Source: Azolla caroliniana (lineage: Eukaryota; Plantae; Polypodiophyta). From it: a stretch of 64,000 nt of DNA. Below, one piece after another: positions 59,845-64,000 of the stretch. A model generated the notes under the pieces. The model worked only from the letters and a program-made list of their open reading frames with translations. It was not told the origin of the DNA and ran no database searches. Location of the stretch: NCBI GenBank assembly GCA_043228905.1, contig JBHGNT010000001.1, forward strand, positions 992,001 to 1,056,000, given 5' to 3'. A program made the position numbers and the translations under genes. The first letter of the stretch is position 1; each line of letters starts with the position of its first letter.

Positions 59845-61458
59845 GTGCCACGAATCAACTTTCATGATCGAGTTACACTTTTGAATCTGATAAAGCTCTG
59901 TGGGAAAGAGAAGAAGTTATGGAAGGTGAGAAGGATCCATGTTGACCTTCTCAAGAGAAACTTGATTAGAAAAGATGTTTATATTGCTACTTCACTTATA
60001 ACCACATATGCTAAGTGTGGTGCACCAGAGGAGGCTCGGGAAGTATTTGAACAACTTCCAGAGCCAAGTGTTGTGGCTTGGAATGCTCTTATATCTGGAT
60101 ATGCCCATAGCCAGCTCGGAGATGAAGCTCTAAAATGCTTTAAATACATGCAAAATGTAGGAGTTATTCCAGACGTGGTCACTTATATCTGTGTTTTGAA
60201 AGCTTGTGGCATTGTAGGGTCTTTTGAGATCGCACATGAGATTGAGGTTGAGGTCAGAAAGAAAGGGTTAGTGCATAATCATGTCAAGCTTGGCAATGCA
60301 TTGGTGCATGTGTATTCCAAATGTGGTGCATTGGAGAAAGCACGAGAAGTTTTTGATCATCTTACAGTTCGAGATGTAGTGTCTTGGAATGCGTTAATCA
60401 CTGGATATGCCCAACATGGTCTTGGTGATGAGGCATTGCAATGCTTTAGGCAGATGAAAGATGCAAAGATTTTTCCGGATGTGGTAACTTATGTTTGCAT
60501 TTTGAAAGCTTGCGGCATTGTAGGGTCTTTAGAGGTAGGACAAGACATAGATGTTGAGGTAAGAAAGAGAGGTTTATTGCAGAAAGATGTTATGCTTGGC
60601 ACTTCACTGGTAGACATGTATTGCAAATGTGGTGCACTGGAGAAAGCACGAGAAGTATTTGAGCATCTTCCCATGTGGAATGTTGTGACTTGGAGTGTCT
60701 TGATCAATGGGTATGTCCAGCATGGGCTTGATCATGAAGCATTGAAGTGCTTCAGACAAATGGAAGATGTGGGGACATCTCCAGATGAGATAACTTATAT
60801 ATGCATTTTGAAAGCATGTGGCAGTGTTGGATCTTTAGAGATTGGAGAAGAAATAGATGCTAAGGTTCGAAAGCAAGGGTTATTAAAGAAAGATGTTGTC
60901 CTAGGCACTGCATTAGTGGACATGTATTCTAAGTGTGGGGCACTGAAGAAAGCAGGAGAAGTATTTGAGTATCTTCCCATGCAAAATGTTGTGTCTTGGA
61001 GTGCCCTTATCTCTGGGTATGCCCAATTAGGTCAAATTAATGTGGTTTGGAACCTCTACAGAAGGATGAGGAGAGAAGGTGTTGCACCGAATTTCGTTAC
61101 ATTTACTGTTATGTTGAATGCATGCAGCCATGCAGGTCTCGTAAATGAGGGAGAAAAGTTGTTCAATGAGATGTGTGTTGTTTATTATCTAACTCCAACT
61201 CTAGAACACTACACATGTATGATTGATCTATTTGGTCGAGCAGGACACTTCGACAAGGCAAAAGCCTTGCTTGAGAAAGTCTCACATTCAGGTCATCTTC
61301 CACTATTCCTTAATGTATTGGGAGCTTGTAAGAAATGGAGAAATATGAACCTTGCTAGATGGTTATTTGAAAAATTAATAGAGCTTGATGAAAATTGTGC
61401 TGCTGCCTATGTTTACATGGAAAATATTTATGCAGCAGCTGGAGTGCAAACGGAGTAA
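59845..61458 (+). CDS. PLS-class PPR protein (organellar RNA-editing factor type), E domain truncated; true start probably in upstream exon(s) from ~59483
   Basis: About four well-conserved PLS triplets (e.g. DVVSWNALITGYAQHG, PDVVTYVCILKACG, LGTSLVDMYCKCG); LEHYTCMIDLFGRAG; VLGACKKW. No in-frame ATG until 60148. Confidence 0.88.
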   Translation: MPRINFHDRVTLLNLIKLCGKEKKLWKVRRIHVDLLKRNLIRKDVYIATSLITTYAKCGAPEEAREVFEQLPEPSVVAWNALISGYAHSQLGDEALKCFKYMQNVGVIPDVVTYICVLKACGIVGSFEIAHEIEVEVRKKGLVHNHVKLGNALVHVYSKCGALEKAREVFDHLTVRDVVSWNALITGYAQHGLGDEALQCFRQMKDAKIFPDVVTYVCILKACGIVGSLEVGQDIDVEVRKRGLLQKDVMLGTSLVDMYCKCGALEKAREVFEHLPMWNVVTWSVLINGYVQHGLDHEALKCFRQMEDVGTSPDEITYICILKACGSVGSLEIGEEIDAKVRKQGLLKKDVVLGTALVDMYSKCGALKKAGEVFEYLPMQNVVSWSALISGYAQLGQINVVWNLYRRMRREGVAPNFVTFTVMLNACSHAGLVNEGEKLFNEMCVVYYLTPTLEHYTCMIDLFGRAGHFDKAKALLEKVSHSGHLPLFLNVLGACKKWRNMNLARWLFEKLIELDENCAAAYVYMENIYAAAGVQTE

Positions 61459-62296
61459 GATCTGGAATTGAGATTTTGGGAGTAAACCAGAAGAAAGTAG
61501 TGAGGATAAAAGCATGCTGTTCCTGGACTGATGTCAATATGAATGTGACGAGAGTTATCTTTAAAAGTACTCATATATGCGTAAAGATTGCAGAGAGCTA
61601 TTAAAAACTATCACATCTAACCAATGTAACGAAGAAGTGCACAGAAGTGTATATATTTTTTACGAATCGCAGACATATTTGTGGAGATTAATGCATTGAT
61701 TCTTAATTAAGTCTGGGTTCACAAGGTGTGGAAGGGAAAGCCTCAGAATAGGTGCTGACATGGCAGAAAATTGTTGGTGCAGCTATCTACTTGGTCCTTA
61801 ACCTTCCCTTATTTGTGTCTGATGATGGCTACATATATTTTCCAGCATTTATTGACGGAAAGGTGTTAATGTTGCAGAAACCAAGCGTAATTGTATAATA
61901 ATTTTCCTATGCAACAAGGCTAAAAACTTCGTGCCTCTCATTCTTGTGGTTTGTATGGTCAGAATGGAACATTTCCACTCATGGGACCTAAAACAAAAAG
62001 GTTATGATCATGAAGACTCAAAGTAAGGGTAAAGCATGCATTTTGTACGAGAATGAATTGCTCAAAAACAATATGAAGCTTCAAACACCTATAGCTTGAG
62101 GTTATACTATACATTTGACAGCACATGCAATGGACGAAAAATAAAATTTGGGTACTCAAGAAGTAACTCTTTACAATCCGATTGTGAAATGGCAAAACCA
62201 ACCAGAGACATTCTTGACTAAAACACTCTCGTTCTCTACTTGGCTCCCCTATATCATTCTTACATTCCTTTCATATATTTGGAAATTGACAACTTT

Positions 62297-64000
62297 TGTG
62301 TATCCCTTAAAAGTCCAGTAAGACCATGAACATATAAGAAAAGTCGACAGTATTGGATAGATGGTCCAAGTCAAAGACGAGGCTGACTAGTCGGGCTGAT
62401 CGGATAGTCGACATGGAAGTCAGCTAGTCGGGCTGAATGAATAAAAATCGACATAGGAGTCGATTAGTTGGCTGATTAACATAGAGTATTATTATTATTA
62501 TTATTATTATTAACAGCCATATTTGTAAATAGCCCATGCTATATATTAGTATATATACACCTAGGGCAAAAACATAAGTGTAGCGCAAAACATAATGATA
62601 GAGCGTGAAATTTGAGATAGACGCAAGAGCGCGTGAGTGAGCGGTAATATAGTTGTGAGACTGGACGCCAATAGCCCTACATGGCTGATACACTCCGTAC
62701 CGAGAGAGTGTTGTAACCCATTCTTCCTTGTATATCTTTCTCATACTAGTGATTCTTGATTGCCCATGGTTTTCCCTTGTTTAGGGTTTCCACATAAAAT
62801 ACTATGTTTTGTGTTTTTCGCTATTTTTTTGTTTTTGTGTTGTCTATTTTTGTTCATCTTTCTCATATATCTACGATCCGATCCTCATCAAACTGGTATC
62901 AGAGCTGAGGTGCAGAAATGGAAGGAGGTTGGAGCGGCTTCCCAAGGATGATAGTTCTAAATGCACATAACTACTCTAACTGGCATATCAAGATGGAATA
63001 TGTTCTAATAGTCAAGGATTTGTACAAGCCCATAAATAGAGAAGAAATACCCATAGGGGTATTAGAGTTTGAATGGAAACTCCTAAATAGGAAGGCGATG
63101 GCCACCATCAGACAGTGGGTAGATATGAGTGTCCTTCAACATGTGGATAATGACACTAAGGCCTACGAGATGTGGCATAAGTTGTCACAGTTGTACGAGA
63201 GGAAGAATGCCCTCAACAAGACATCTAAATTGATTAGAAAGATAGTAAGGCTAAAGTACAGAGATGGAGAAAGCATAGTGTTGCACATCAACACTTTCAT
63301 GGGGTTAGTAAATCAACTTGTGGCAGCCAAGTTCCCCCTTGATGACGTTATGCAAGCCCTATTGTTGTTGTGTACCCTGCCAGACAACTAAGAAAACCTG
63401 GTGATGACTCTCAACACCTCATGTCAAGAAGAAAACTTGTCTCTACAAGTGTTAAAGACAAGTATTTTGAACGAGAATACATGAAGGAAGGACAATGGTG
63501 TCCTGTCCCAGTCAGAGGCGAATGTGACACAATATGTGAAGATGGGAGATAATGGAGAATGTAGGATAGCTGGCATAGGAAGTGTATGTTTGACAACATC
63601 GACTGGTTGTCGGTTGACCCTGAGGGATGTTCGACACGTCCTTGATATCAGACTGAAGCTGATATCGACTGGAAGAATGGATGATGAAGGCTACAGTGGT
63701 AGTTTTCGAAATGGCAAGTGGAAGTTCTACAAAGGAAGTCTCATAGTAGCTCGAACACAGAAACAGGGCACCTTGTATATGATGCAAGAAAAGTTGTGCA
63801 AGGACGAAGCAAACATGGAAACCGACTCAAGTGGAGAGATATGGCACAAGAGGCTTGGCCACATGAGCGAAAAAGGGATGCATATCCTAGCCAACCAGAA
63901 ACATCTTCCAAAAGTAAAAGGAGTGCATCTAGAGAAAATGTGTTGACTACATAGTCGGGAAGCAAAACGGAGCTACATTTCATTCGAGACCACCAAGGAG
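62297..64000 (+). mobile_element. Degenerate copia element related to 26249-31589 (runs off the window end)
   Basis: LTR ending CA at 62890; PBS 62894-62905; gag MEGGWSGFPRMIVLNAHNY.. homologous to MEGGGSGQPGMMVLNAQNY..; stops, frameshifts, zinc knuckle/protease active site deleted. Left end approximate. Confidence 0.88.

Overview
Repeat-rich plant nuclear DNA, most likely a fern (inferred from the style of the PLS-class PPR proteins, the LINE/Copia families and the microsatellite load; species not determinable here). Host genes: a collapsed paladin-like phosphatase pseudogene (minus strand; only exon 1 and the last two exons remain), a 3-exon WAK-like receptor kinase, an intronless GID2/SLY1-type gibberellin F-box gene and three PLS-PPR loci in various states of decay. 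Mobile DNA: two intact, very young Ty1/copia elements (full gag-pol ORF, near-identical LTRs, 5-bp TSDs), several older or chimeric copia/gypsy elements including a nested stack, two 5'-truncated LINEs, one Mutator-type and two hAT-type MITEs, and a probable solo LTR with a long heat-shock-element array. The most unusual signal is a pair of homologous PPR-derived short inserts (589-1076 minus; 45953-46195 plus). They share a 3' end, differ in 5' truncation and each has its own 17-18 bp target-site duplication, as expected for a LINE-mobilised PPR-derived retroposon. All alignments and family assignments were made by eye, without database searches.
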